Shown here in pieces: positions 41,683-51,892 of a DNA stretch of 64,000 bases. Made by a program: the position numbers and the translations under genes. This DNA comes from Candidatus Sumerlaeaceae bacterium (GTDB taxonomy: Bacteria; Sumerlaeota; Sumerlaeia; Sumerlaeales; Sumerlaeaceae), in NCBI GenBank assembly GCA_049968255.1, contig JBMFRB010000001.1, positions 224,001 through 288,000 of the forward strand, in the 5' to 3' direction. The notes below the pieces were generated by a model. That model was not told the origin of the DNA, did not search any database, and saw nothing but the letters and a program-made list of their open reading frames with translations. How positions within the stretch are numbered: position 1 is the stretch's first letter; every line of letters begins with the position of its first letter.

Positions 41683-43246
41683 AATCGCGTAAACGCACTC
41701 GCGCATTTTCGTTCAAATAGATCACCGCGACGAGATCTTTCGAGTTTGGTGCGTGAATGGGAATTACTCCCACAGCAGGCGGTGGCGGCCTAAGAGGAAG
41801 GGTGACCACCGCAACTGCTTCGTTGCGAAGGGGAGGCCAGCGCGACAAGTCGACATCGAAGCCGAGCCACTCAAATTTGCCAATACGAGCAAGGTCGGGA
41901 CGAAACTGCGAGGGTGGGATGCGGCGGTAGACTGCAACCAAATATTCCGCGCCGAAAATTCGATAAAAGGCAATTCGGTCCAGGTTCGGTTCGAGCTGTT
42001 CAAGTATCGCGAGCGACTGCTTCACACCATATTGCCAGTTCCATGCCGACTGTGTCGAGTAATTTCCAAAATAACGGTAAGCGAAGGGGAGAAAGGCAAG
42101 CAGTTGCGCAAGCAAAAGAGGCAACGTGAGCGACCGGCGCCAATAATTCTTGGCAATGTGCTCAAGGTGAACTATGCCTATGGCTGCAATTGTTTGAACA
42201 GTCGGAATGCCGACTATAGAACGAAGCGCGTGCGGAACTCCTTCGCGTGTGAGGCTGGCCGCAACAGGATAACATGCTAACCAAGCAAGCAGTAACGAGC
42301 CAAAACGGCTGGGGCGACGAAGCAGAGCAACGACGCCCACAAGCAAACCGAGAAATTCGATGGCGGAGAGAATGCCGACTGCCGCTCCGTGGCGGAGTTC
42401 CGAGTCACCCCGAAGAACCAAAAATTGTGGGGAGAAGTGGGCTAGGTAATTGCGCGCGAAGAGTGAGATGATGGCCCCCAGCGATTGGTCTCGCCCAAAA
42501 ATACTAATCCGCGAGAAGCGTGCTTGAGCTGCTTCTGTGCGGAAAAAAAGAAGCCAGAGTGTCGGTAGGCTGACGAGGAGAAAAAGAACTGCGCTGGTGA
42601 GCGTCCATCGCCATTGGCGCCAAAGCTCGTGCCAATAAAGGCCCAGCATAAGCAAAATGAGAAGCGGGACGAAGGCTCGAGCGACATCGTAAGTGTAAAC
42701 AGCAAGCCCCAACGCGGCAGCTACCCCCAACAGTGCGTGATTCTTGCCCCGTAAGAATTTTTGCCAGCCGACCATGGCGCCAGCAAAAAATAGTGGCAAA
42801 AAAATGCCTTGCTGGGCCCAGCGGCTGAATACGATGTGCCACGGGGAAAACGCGAGGAAAACGGCAGCCCATAGCGCCGTCCGCAGGCCTCGCGCTTGCT
42901 CAATCCAAAGAAAGGTCAACAGCACGGTCAATGTTCCGACGAGAGCGGCCGGCAGTCGGGCCGCCCATTCGTTCATGCCACACAACCAAACACATGGCAC
43001 CGCCGCGTATTGATAGAGGGCGGATGTGGTCACGCCAAACACCTGAATAAAAAGTGGCAGAACATGGCCACTGCAGTCGCGGCCTGTGGTTGCGAGACAG
43101 AAAGCATTGTAGAGCTTCTCCGCTTCGTCGCGGAAAAGAGCTGGCGGAATAGCATCAAGCCTCAGTGTACGCAGGGCGGCAGCGATCAAGATCACCACGC
43201 TGATGAGCAGTCGGCGATCGCGATGAGGATGGATAATGAATCTCAT
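41660..43246 (-). CDS. GT-C glycosyltransferase (ArnT/family 39-like)
   Basis: PPALFRDEA, EWAARLPAAL, SPWHIVFSR; many TM segments. Confidence 0.85.
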   Translation of the reverse strand: MRFIIHPHRDRRLLISVVILIAAALRTLRLDAIPPALFRDEAEKLYNAFCLATTGRDCSGHVLPLFIQVFGVTTSALYQYAAVPCVWLCGMNEWAARLPAALVGTLTVLLTFLWIEQARGLRTALWAAVFLAFSPWHIVFSRWAQQGIFLPLFFAGAMVGWQKFLRGKNHALLGVAAALGLAVYTYDVARAFVPLLILLMLGLYWHELWRQWRWTLTSAVLFLLVSLPTLWLLFFRTEAAQARFSRISIFGRDQSLGAIISLFARNYLAHFSPQFLVLRGDSELRHGAAVGILSAIEFLGLLVGVVALLRRPSRFGSLLLAWLACYPVAASLTREGVPHALRSIVGIPTVQTIAAIGIVHLEHIAKNYWRRSLTLPLLLAQLLAFLPFAYRYFGNYSTQSAWNWQYGVKQSLAILEQLEPNLDRIAFYRIFGAEYLVAVYRRIPPSQFRPDLARIGKFEWLGFDVDLSRWPPLRNEAVAVVTLPLRPPPPAVGVIPIHAPNSKDLVAVIYLNENARVRLRDYAQKLSH

Positions 43247-45195
43247 TTTTGAGCAGCCCGGATGAGTTCGCGGTAGTAGTCAGCCCACAGGGGACGCCGC
43301 TGACGACAAAGGTCCCATTCGCGAATTGCCGTGGTGATGTCACCCAGGAAGAAATGCGCAAAGCCAAGCCGCTCGTGGACCTCGCAAGCTTCAAGATCGA
43401 GCAGCGCACGCCGGAGCATCTGCTGCGCTTCTGCGAAGTTGCCACGCATCAGGAGGAACGCACCGTATCGGCTCGACGCGTTCGAGTAGCGTGGATCCCA
43501 CTCTAGCGCTTTGCGCCAGTAACTTTCCACATCCGGGAAAGGCGGGCGCTGAAGAATCTCACTCACAGCGCGCAGCGTTTGTTGCGCCTTGTCTTTCTGG
43601 CCGTGCAGGAGCTCCTCGATGCCACGCCGAAATGTCGTCTCCGCGGCCTCCCATGGCACAATAAATCCCCCAGACGGCATGGGAAGAGGGGCTTCCGCGA
43701 GCGTTCGGCCCTGCTTGAAAAGGAATTCGGCCACCATTCGACGAGCGAACATTGTGCTCGAAATCAACAGAATGGCCGCAGTGATACTTAGCCAACCCAA
43801 CGAAGGAAAGTGCCGCCCGCGTGCTGAGAGTGCTGCTTCGTGCTGCAAATGGACTTGCGCAGCAGCCGCCTCCGGCAGCGCAAGAAATACGGCCAACCAT
43901 CCCGCATGGGAGGGAAGACGCAGCGGGAAACTCATGAGCGAATCGAGCAAAAAAACGCAAACTCCTGCAGCGCTTGCAAGGACCAAAAAGCGCCCGGCGA
44001 GGGAAGTGCCCTGGCGATGAAAGAGCCGGTGAGCGCGCGCAAAAAACGCGACGAAAATACCAAGATAAAGGACAAACCCAATAATGCCGAGCTCGGCCCA
44101 CACCTGAAGATATTCGTTGTGGGCTTCATTGGTGTAGGCACCAGCATAAATCCTCAGATGCGGATCGGCTAACAGGGCCGGCACAATTTGGCGAACATAT
44201 TCGAGCGTGAAATTCCCTAAACCGACACCTAACCACGGTTGGTGAACAATCATGTGCCACGTGGTTTTCCAGATGACCAGGCGCGTCGGCCAGCCCTCCA
44301 CCCAACGTTGGGAGCCAAATGCCTCGGCGAGCAGCGAGGGGACATGAGGATTGCCTGGTATTGGGAGAAAATAAAATAATAATAAGGCGACAAATAAGGA
44401 AATTAATCCTAATAAGCGGCGCCAGCGCAAAAGTTTGTGGTAGGGGCTCTGAAGCACAATCACTGTGCAAAGCACTAGAGTGATCAACGTGGCTCCTGAG
44501 GAGCCCACACTCCACGTGACAATTGCGCTTGCAGCCATAAGGCCGAGAGCAAAAAATACTGCGATTGGAAAGCGCGGCGTCGCGAGTAGCGCCAGAAGAG
44601 CGGCTGGAACAAACATTCCCACAAACCCAGCAATATGGCCGCTGTTGCCGAGGCCGGCGGCGAGATAGCCACGCCAGTCCGGCAACCGCGGCACGACACG
44701 GCCGAATATGTTACCTTTGGTGAAGTCCTCAGCCAATGTCCACAGGGCAGTGAGAGCGGCGGTGGTGATGCCGACTGCGAGGAGCGTCCAGCCAGCCCGC
44801 GGATGGCGCACGACAACGAGCGTGAGCAAAAGTAGCGCAAACAAGGTGCTAAAATAAGCTAAGGCGAAAAGGCCTAGCGCGGCTGAATGTGCATGAAGGA
44901 GTGAAAGACCTCCCCAGGCAACAAATGCTGCAAAAAAAATAGAATGGACGGGAAGCGTACATAGCCACGCTGTTCGACGCCATGCGCGGCGAAGAGCCAC
45001 AAGAACAATGGGAACTAGAAGCCACGCTATGAAGGCCATTTTCGGCGTGAGGAATGAGTCCTCGAGCTGGCCAACCCGAAGGAGCGGTAACCAGAAAAGA
45101 AGCAATGCTAGCAAAGCAAGGGCAAGGTCGCCACGCAAGATGGCGAGCGTTTCGCTGATATCTTGGCGCCGTAGGCCGAAAAAACGCTCTATCAT
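43243..45195 (-). CDS. O-antigen ligase/Wzy_C family membrane protein with C-terminal TPR
   Basis: LGNSGH, RLVIW..TW.MI..PWLGVGLGNF, AHNEYLQVWAELGIIG; TPR-like C-terminus. Start uncertain (45195-45387). Confidence 0.85.
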   Translation of the reverse strand: MIERFFGLRRQDISETLAILRGDLALALLALLLFWLPLLRVGQLEDSFLTPKMAFIAWLLVPIVLVALRRAWRRTAWLCTLPVHSIFFAAFVAWGGLSLLHAHSAALGLFALAYFSTLFALLLLTLVVVRHPRAGWTLLAVGITTAALTALWTLAEDFTKGNIFGRVVPRLPDWRGYLAAGLGNSGHIAGFVGMFVPAALLALLATPRFPIAVFFALGLMAASAIVTWSVGSSGATLITLVLCTVIVLQSPYHKLLRWRRLLGLISLFVALLLFYFLPIPGNPHVPSLLAEAFGSQRWVEGWPTRLVIWKTTWHMIVHQPWLGVGLGNFTLEYVRQIVPALLADPHLRIYAGAYTNEAHNEYLQVWAELGIIGFVLYLGIFVAFFARAHRLFHRQGTSLAGRFLVLASAAGVCVFLLDSLMSFPLRLPSHAGWLAVFLALPEAAAAQVHLQHEAALSARGRHFPSLGWLSITAAILLISSTMFARRMVAEFLFKQGRTLAEAPLPMPSGGFIVPWEAAETTFRRGIEELLHGQKDKAQQTLRAVSEILQRPPFPDVESYWRKALEWDPRYSNASSRYGAFLLMRGNFAEAQQMLRRALLDLEACEVHERLGFAHFFLGDITTAIREWDLCRQRRPLWADYYRELIRAAQK

Positions 45196-45395
45196 GGTTG
45201 AGGAAAAGTGGCGAAAATTTGTGACTGAGTCCAACAGAAAACTTTTTGCCCGAGGGGACTCGGCGTCACTATCGGCCCCGATGCGGGACAAACCAGAATT
45301 GTCCTCGTGGGAACTTGCATTCAAGCCTCTACCGCGCAGTCCTCGGAGTGAATAAAAGAGGCCTCTTCTCGTTAGGGAATTTCGCACCGAAAGGT

Positions 45396-45472
45396 CGGGG
45401 TGTAGCGCAGGTGGCTAGCGCGCAACGTTCGGGACGTTGAGGTCGCAGGTTCAAGTCCTGCCACCCCGACCA
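45396..45472 (+). tRNA. tRNA-Pro (anticodon CGG)
   Basis: CGGGGTG...CACCCCG acceptor stem, anticodon arm CAACG-TTCGGGA-CGTTG, GGTTCAAGTCC T-loop, encoded CCA. Confidence 0.97.
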
Positions 45473-45671
45473 GTTTTTCATTCCTTCCAGAAAAAATGTT
45501 CTGGACTCTTATTTTTGGCTGCTGCGCATTATTCTGTCGGGATTGCGCACGCCAGAAGTTTTCCCGACGCGTTGCTTCGGGCAGCCTGTGGCCAAGGCTC
45601 TCTGGCCGCATTCCTAGGGACAACCTCTAGGTTGGATATTTTCCGTAGGCGAAAGGACGGTTTTGCCAGAC

Positions 45672-46298
45672 ATGCTGCGCCGACTGTTACCGAAGAAAAC
45701 GAATTTTTTCGACTTTTTTGACCGACATATCGAACTCACCATCGAAGGATGCAAGGAACTGCTTGACCTAGCCGTCACGAGCGACAACGTCGAGCAGCGT
45801 GCCAGCCGTATCAAAGAACTCGAGCATGCCACGGACCGCATCACGCATGAGTGCATCGAGGCACTGCACGAGACGTTCATAACGCCGATTGAACGCGGGG
45901 ACATCCACCGCTTGATGAAACGCATGGATGACATCATTGACGCGGTGGATTCTGCCGTTATGCGCCTGCGTTTGTATGAGATCCGTGAGCTACGCGAAGA
46001 AGTACGGATGGCAGCGGCGCTCCTGGTCAACGCAACCACGGAGATTGCCAAGGCTCTAAAGTTGATGCGCAGCCCTGATAACCTTGAGGCGATTAAGACG
46101 TGCTGTGTGAATATCTATGGCTTTGAAAATGAGGCCGACACAGTCTTGCGCCGCGCATTGGCCCGCCTTTTCAAAGAGGAACCGGATCCGATCGTCGTGA
46201 TTAAGTGGAAAGAAATTTTCGAGATTCTCGAGCTAGCGTCCGATCGGTGCGAGGACGTGGCGAACATTATTCAGGGCATCACGATTGAGGCGTCGTAA
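45672..46298 (+). CDS. DUF47 phosphate transport regulator (PhoU-like)
   Basis: IKELEH..DRITHE, TFITPIERGDI, ENEAD, IKWKEIFE.LE..DRCEDVAN; adjacent to pit. Confidence 0.92.
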   Translation: MLRRLLPKKTNFFDFFDRHIELTIEGCKELLDLAVTSDNVEQRASRIKELEHATDRITHECIEALHETFITPIERGDIHRLMKRMDDIIDAVDSAVMRLRLYEIRELREEVRMAAALLVNATTEIAKALKLMRSPDNLEAIKTCCVNIYGFENEADTVLRRALARLFKEEPDPIVVIKWKEIFEILELASDRCEDVANIIQGITIEAS

Positions 46299-46300
46299 CG

Positions 46301-47326
46301 ATGAGTTTCATTTTCGTGGTTGTTGTGCTCACAATTGCGGCAGCGCTTATTTTTGACGTGATCAATGGTTTTCACGACTGCGCCAATAGTATCGCCACGA
46401 TTGTCTCCACGCGCGTGCTTACGCCTGGTCAGGCCGTGATGTGGGCGGCGTTTTTCAATTTCGCTGCGATGTTTTTCTTCGAGGCAAAAGTTGCAGATAC
46501 CGTCTCGAAAATAGTCAAAATTACAAGTGGCGAATCGGCCTATGTTTACGTGGTGCTGTGTGGCCTGATTGGCGCTATTGTGTGGGACTTGCTCACATGG
46601 TGGTGGGGAATTCCCACAAGCAGCTCCCACGCACTCATTGGCGGTTTTGCAGGGGCGGGCATTGCCTACGGTGGGCTAGGGATAATTTCTTGGAACCGCC
46701 TGTGGCACACCATGATTTTTATCCCTGCCGCACCAGTCCTCGGGATGATTCTCGCTTTCGCGATCACACTGACGGTCTTTTGGCTGTTCCGCAATTGGCG
46801 GCCGCGAACCGTGGACAAGTTTTTCCGAAAAGGTCAACTTCTGTCGGCCGCCCTGTACTCACTCGGCCATGGCGGCAACGATGCTCAGAAAACCATGGGG
46901 ATTATCGTGGCCCTCTTGGTGGCTGTGGGGGTATTTTCGCCGCAGAAAGAACTTGCGCTAAGCGATCCTGCCTCGCTGGCGATCATTTTTTCCTGCCATT
47001 TGGCGATGGGAATCGGAACGGCTCTCGGTGGCTGGCGGATCGTGAAAACGATGGGCATGCGCCTGACGAAGCTTCAGCCGGTGGGAGGTTTCTGCGCTGA
47101 ACTCGCTGGTGCCTCGACATTGTTCATGGCAACGCACTTTGGAATTCCAGTCTCGACTACCCACACGATTACGGGAGCAATTGTAGGTGTGGGAGCCACA
47201 CAAAAGGTTTCCGGCGTAAAGTGGGGAATCGCAGGGCGCATCGTGTGGGCGTGGATTTTCACGATCCCCTGCGCGGCTCTCGTCTCGGCGGCGTGTTTTC
47301 TCGCCTTGAAGCCATTTCTTCACTGA
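46301..47326 (+). CDS. pit: Inorganic phosphate transporter (PiT family)
   Basis: NGFHDCANSIAT, GIPTSSSHALIGG, HGGNDAQKTMG, PVSTTHTITG. Confidence 0.95.
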   Translation: MSFIFVVVVLTIAAALIFDVINGFHDCANSIATIVSTRVLTPGQAVMWAAFFNFAAMFFFEAKVADTVSKIVKITSGESAYVYVVLCGLIGAIVWDLLTWWWGIPTSSSHALIGGFAGAGIAYGGLGIISWNRLWHTMIFIPAAPVLGMILAFAITLTVFWLFRNWRPRTVDKFFRKGQLLSAALYSLGHGGNDAQKTMGIIVALLVAVGVFSPQKELALSDPASLAIIFSCHLAMGIGTALGGWRIVKTMGMRLTKLQPVGGFCAELAGASTLFMATHFGIPVSTTHTITGAIVGVGATQKVSGVKWGIAGRIVWAWIFTIPCAALVSAACFLALKPFLH

Positions 47327-47597
47327 GCTTGCAAGAAAGTTTGGTGCCAGAGGAGAAGACGATACGTCGCACTGACGTCTCAAACGTTGCCGTACATTAA
47401 TTTCACACGGCATGGGAAGTGGCGTGGCGCGATTATTTTTCTGAGTGCGAGAAAACGGCTGACTCACAACATGCGTCGTGACAAAGACTTGTCCACGACA
47501 TGCCCAAAAGTATTCCTCGATTAAATAAATGCTGGACAGTCGCGTGTCCCCTGTTTTCAATCGCGCTCTAAAACGATCTCAAAAGAGGTCCACGGCC

Positions 47598-48839
47598 ATG
47601 GTCTTGCCAGGAATTAAAACGCGAAAAGGGTTGCTCTTACTCAAAAGTCCAGACAGCCCTGCTGAACGCACAGCGGAAAAGAGACGTATCCGCAAACATC
47701 AGGTGCTAGATGCCATTCGAAGATATGGTCCTATTGCCCGCGTGGAAATCGCGCGTAAATTAGGATTCAATCTTCCCACGGTTTCCAATCTTGTGGATGA
47801 GCTGGTGCGCGAAGGTCTCGCTATTGAATCAGAGCCGCGCCGCACAGCCATCGGTCGGCGCCCCATCCCTGTGTACCTGAATCCGCATGCAGCCTGCGTG
47901 CTCGGAGTAGATTTGGGAAAGATCGTGACAATTGGCCTGATCATGAATTTAGGTGGAACGATCCTCGGCCGCGTGGAAAAATCCACGCCAACTTTTTCTT
48001 CGGCCTCTGAGCAGGGCCGATGGGTGCAGGAGTTTGTGCGTGAATTTCTCCGTGAGCACGCGGAAACTCTGCCCCCGCTTGCGGGCGTTGGAGTTGCGCT
48101 CCCCGGTTTCATTTATCGCCCCGAGCGCGCGGAACGCCACCTCACTCCCGAAGTGGAAGAGATCCAGCGCCGCCTGGAAGAAGACCTTGATGTGCCGATC
48201 ATCGTGGACAACGACGCGCAGATGATGGCGCTTGGTGCGCTATGGTTTGGCAATGCGTCAAACTACCGGACGTTTTGCATCCTGAACATCGGCTATGGCA
48301 TCGGCATGGGCACGGTGATTGACCGGGCTGTCTATCAGGGATTCTTTGGTCACGCCGGAGAGATAGGCCATATTCCCTTCGGGCAAGCGGGCTATCCGTG
48401 TTATTGCGGCGGGCATTCGTGCCTCGAAAACACGGCGTCGGGCTCGGGTGTCGAACGCATGGCGCGTGAGATGGAGCTTTGGCCTTCGGACAAAATTTTC
48501 TCGGCCTTTGATATCGCGGATCTGGCTCGAAAGGGAGATCAAACAGCGGTAACAATCTGGAACCGTTTTGCCACAGCACTGGCTCGTGCGATCGGGACAG
48601 TCATCACGCTTTTCAATCCGCAGGCTGTGATTCTTGCTGGCCGCTACACAAAATGCAGCGACGTATTCTTCGACCGCATGATGGAAGAGCTGAAAGCCAC
48701 GACCTTCCCTGCCTTGCTGAATGAAACTGATATCGTCGTCAGCGACCTGAAAGAAAATGCTGGCCCGCTTGGCACGTGTGCGTGCGTATTGCACCACATC
48801 TTCTCGGCATCGCACATTCCAGCCGTTGCGGTGGTGTAA
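47598..48839 (+). CDS. ROK family transcriptional regulator (NagC/XylR-like)
   Basis: N-terminal HTH (IARVEIARKLGFNLPTVSNLVDEL, GRRP), GVALPG, DNDA, GEIGH..CYCGGHSCLE. Confidence 0.92.
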   Translation: MVLPGIKTRKGLLLLKSPDSPAERTAEKRRIRKHQVLDAIRRYGPIARVEIARKLGFNLPTVSNLVDELVREGLAIESEPRRTAIGRRPIPVYLNPHAACVLGVDLGKIVTIGLIMNLGGTILGRVEKSTPTFSSASEQGRWVQEFVREFLREHAETLPPLAGVGVALPGFIYRPERAERHLTPEVEEIQRRLEEDLDVPIIVDNDAQMMALGALWFGNASNYRTFCILNIGYGIGMGTVIDRAVYQGFFGHAGEIGHIPFGQAGYPCYCGGHSCLENTASGSGVERMAREMELWPSDKIFSAFDIADLARKGDQTAVTIWNRFATALARAIGTVITLFNPQAVILAGRYTKCSDVFFDRMMEELKATTFPALLNETDIVVSDLKENAGPLGTCACVLHHIFSASHIPAVAVV

Positions 48840-48953
48840 CCTCCTCACTAGGGCGACTTCATTTAGGAACACGAAAGCGTTCGCGCGGGGGCAGGGAGCG
48901 CTTGACTTGGCAATGCTCCCATGGGCCAAAAGATCTGCGGGACGGTAAGCCTA

Positions 48954-51647
48954 ATGGCGGACAAGGAGCTTTACCTTATAGACGGGCATTCGCAGGTTTT
49001 CAAAGCGTACCACGCGATACAACAGCTCTCGACCTCGACGGGAATTCCCACCAATGCCGTCTTTGGCTTTTGCCAAATTCTGCATGCGTTGTTACGCAAC
49101 CATAATCCCGAATACCTGGCTGTGGTGTTTGACCGTCCCGAAGCAACATTCCGCGAAGCGATCTATGAGCAGTATAAAGCAAATCGTCCAGCCCCGCCGG
49201 CCGATCTTCCGCAACAGATGGCGTTCATCCAGCGCATTCTCGATGCCCTTCGTATACCGTATTTTGAAGCTCCAGGATATGAAGCCGACGACCTGATCGC
49301 CACAATTACGAAGCGCGCCCTGGCCGAAGGCTTCAAGGTTGTCATCGTAACAGCGGACAAAGACCTCTTCCAGCTCGTGAACGATCAGGTCGAGATCCTG
49401 AAGCTAGAGCCCGATGGCGAAGTGCGGTTTAATCGTCAAGCCGTGAGAGACAAGATGGGCGTGCACCCGGAGCAAATGTTGGATTTTTTGGCCATGGTTG
49501 GCGATGCTAGCGACAACATTCCCGGGATTCGAAAGGTGGGGCCCAAAACGGCAGCTAGTCTGCTGGCGGAATTTGGTTCGCTCGATGCCGTTCTGGAACA
49601 TGCGCATCAGCTCAAAGGCAAGCTGCGCGAATACGTAGAGCAAGGCAAGAACGACGCACTACTTTCGCGTCAACTCGTGGCCCTTCGCGATGATGCGCCC
49701 GTGGAAATCGATTGGGCCAAGCTTCGCCGGCAGGAGCCAGATTACGAGCGGCTGGCGGAAATTTATCGCCAGCTCGAGTTCCGACAATTCTTGCAAGAAA
49801 TTCTCTCAAAAGCCGCTCCGAAGGCGAAAGCCGTTCCAGTGAATTATCGAGCAATCTTCGATAGCAAGGAGTTAGAAAGATTTTGCGAAGAGGCAAAACG
49901 GGCAGGGCGGTTCGCTATTGATACCGAAACAGACTCGCTCGACGCGCTTTCCGCAAACTTGGTCGGCATCTCGCTCGCCTATCGCGCACACGAGGCAATT
50001 TACATTCCCCTGGGTCACCGCGGAAGCTTGCTGGAAAATCAGCCGCAGCAGATTAGCGTCAGCGACATTTACAAAATTCTTGGCCCACTGCTTCGTGATA
50101 GCGCAGTGCTGAAAATTGGTCACCACATCAAATTCGACCGGAAAGTCTTGCTCAAATACGGATTCGTTTTTCAAGGACCAGGCGCCGACACGCTCTTGGC
50201 CTCTTACCTGCTCAATCCCGACAAGCGCACGCACGGCCTAAAAAATCTCGTCCTAGACTGGCTTGGCGAGCAGATGACCCATCTGCAAGAGCTCATCGGC
50301 ACTGGGAAGCAGCAGATGACGTTCGACGGCGTGGATATCGAAACAGCCACGCGATATGCTGCAGCAGACGCCGATATGACGTTGCAGCTATGGGATAAAC
50401 TTGAGGCAAAGCTGCGCGAAGCGCAGCTCATCGAGCTCTTTGAGCGTATCGAAATGCCGCTCATCGATGTTCTGGTGGACATGGAGCTGGCGGGTGTGCG
50501 CATCGACGTCGACCATTTCCACAAGCTTTCCCAGCAGCTCGAACAGCGCCTAAACCACCTACGCACCCAAATTGTGGCGCTGGCTGGCGTCGAGTTCAAT
50601 CCGTCATCGCCTCGGCAGGTAGCCGATGTTCTTTTCCAGCATCTCAAGCTGCAGCCGAAACGTAAAGGGCGAATTGGCTACTCGACTGACATGGAGGTTT
50701 TGGATGAACTTTCGGCAGAACACGAATTGCCGAAACTCATCTTAGCATTCCGCCAGTTAGAGAAACTGAAGAACACCTACGTGGACGTGCTGCCGACGAT
50801 GCTCAATCCGGTGACCGGACGGATCCACACATCGTTCAATCAGACGATGGCAGCGACGGGACGTCTGACTTCGAGTGATCCCAACCTCCAAAATATCCCC
50901 GTGCGAACCGAGATCGGTCGTGAAATTCGCCGAGGATTTTTGCCGTCGCGCGAGAGCAACATCCTGCTGAGCGCCGACTACTCTCAGATCGAGTTGCGGA
51001 TCCTAGCGCACGTGTCACAGGATGAGCAACTCATTCGCGCATTTCGGGAAGAACGTGACGTGCACGCGCTCACGGCATCAAAGATTTTTGGCGTTGAGCC
51101 AGCCGACGTTACTCCTGAACAACGCGACCAAGCTAAGGTTGTGAATTTTGGGATTATTTACGGAATGAGTGCCCCTGGCCTCAGCCAGCGCCTGAAAATC
51201 CCTCTCGAACAAGCAAAAAGATTCATCGCCCAGTACTTCGAAGCCTATCAGGGCGTGAAAAGGTGGATCGAACAAATCATTCAGACGGCGCGGCAGTTTG
51301 GTTACGTGACCACACTTAGCGGGCGCAGGCGTTACCTTGCCGACATCAACTCGCAAAACTATAACGCACGCGCGGCGGCGGAGCGCATGGCTATCAACGC
51401 ACCCATTCAGGGATCCAGCGCTGATATGATCAAACTCGCCATGCTCGATATCCATCGTTGGCTAAAAGAAAGCGATTACCAGGCGCGCATGATCCTCCAA
51501 GTGCACGACGAACTGATTTTTGACGTGCCCGAGGAGGAACTCGAAAACATTCTGCCAGAAGTTCGGCGCAGAATGGAGAACGCAATGCCGCTCTGCGTGC
51601 CGGTTCGTGTGGATTGCAAATGGGGCAAGAATTGGGCCGAATGCTGA
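48954..51647 (+). CDS. polA: DNA polymerase I (5'-3' exonuclease, 3'-5' exonuclease, polymerase)
   Basis: LIDGHS, YEADD, GDASDNIPG, AIDTET, TGRLTSSDPNLQNIP, ADYSQIELR, NFGIIYG, LQVHDEL. Confidence 0.98.
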   Translation: MADKELYLIDGHSQVFKAYHAIQQLSTSTGIPTNAVFGFCQILHALLRNHNPEYLAVVFDRPEATFREAIYEQYKANRPAPPADLPQQMAFIQRILDALRIPYFEAPGYEADDLIATITKRALAEGFKVVIVTADKDLFQLVNDQVEILKLEPDGEVRFNRQAVRDKMGVHPEQMLDFLAMVGDASDNIPGIRKVGPKTAASLLAEFGSLDAVLEHAHQLKGKLREYVEQGKNDALLSRQLVALRDDAPVEIDWAKLRRQEPDYERLAEIYRQLEFRQFLQEILSKAAPKAKAVPVNYRAIFDSKELERFCEEAKRAGRFAIDTETDSLDALSANLVGISLAYRAHEAIYIPLGHRGSLLENQPQQISVSDIYKILGPLLRDSAVLKIGHHIKFDRKVLLKYGFVFQGPGADTLLASYLLNPDKRTHGLKNLVLDWLGEQMTHLQELIGTGKQQMTFDGVDIETATRYAAADADMTLQLWDKLEAKLREAQLIELFERIEMPLIDVLVDMELAGVRIDVDHFHKLSQQLEQRLNHLRTQIVALAGVEFNPSSPRQVADVLFQHLKLQPKRKGRIGYSTDMEVLDELSAEHELPKLILAFRQLEKLKNTYVDVLPTMLNPVTGRIHTSFNQTMAATGRLTSSDPNLQNIPVRTEIGREIRRGFLPSRESNILLSADYSQIELRILAHVSQDEQLIRAFREERDVHALTASKIFGVEPADVTPEQRDQAKVVNFGIIYGMSAPGLSQRLKIPLEQAKRFIAQYFEAYQGVKRWIEQIIQTARQFGYVTTLSGRRRYLADINSQNYNARAAAERMAINAPIQGSSADMIKLAMLDIHRWLKESDYQARMILQVHDELIFDVPEEELENILPEVRRRMENAMPLCVPVRVDCKWGKNWAEC

Positions 51648-51795
51648 CATGAGAAAATAAGACAAGGCTCGCAGAACCCGTAAAACCTAACGGATGGACG
51701 CAACCAAGAAAGCATGGAAGCTAAAGGACCGAGGAGGGGGAGTTCACTGCGAGGGAAGAGAGAAATGAGCACGCTCTCGTATGTGTTGGGCCACA

Positions 51796-51837
51796 AAAAG
51801 ACTCTGGCTCCCTTCCGGTTGGACGGAAGGAAGCCAC
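51796..51837 (-). terminator. Probable terminator between convergent polA and the Hsp70 operon
   Basis: On the minus strand GGCTTCCTTCCG-tccaac-CGGAAGGGAGCC followed by AGAGTCTTTTT. Confidence 0.6.
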
Positions 51838-51892
51838 CTATCTCGGTTCTTGCAGAGAGAGTGAGCCTTTTTGGTGGCTCATGCGAGCGGGC

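Noticed and set aside
45396-47326. tRNA-Pro as a possible island integration site
   Set aside because: No integrase, no duplicated tRNA 3' end seen, and the flanking genes are housekeeping.
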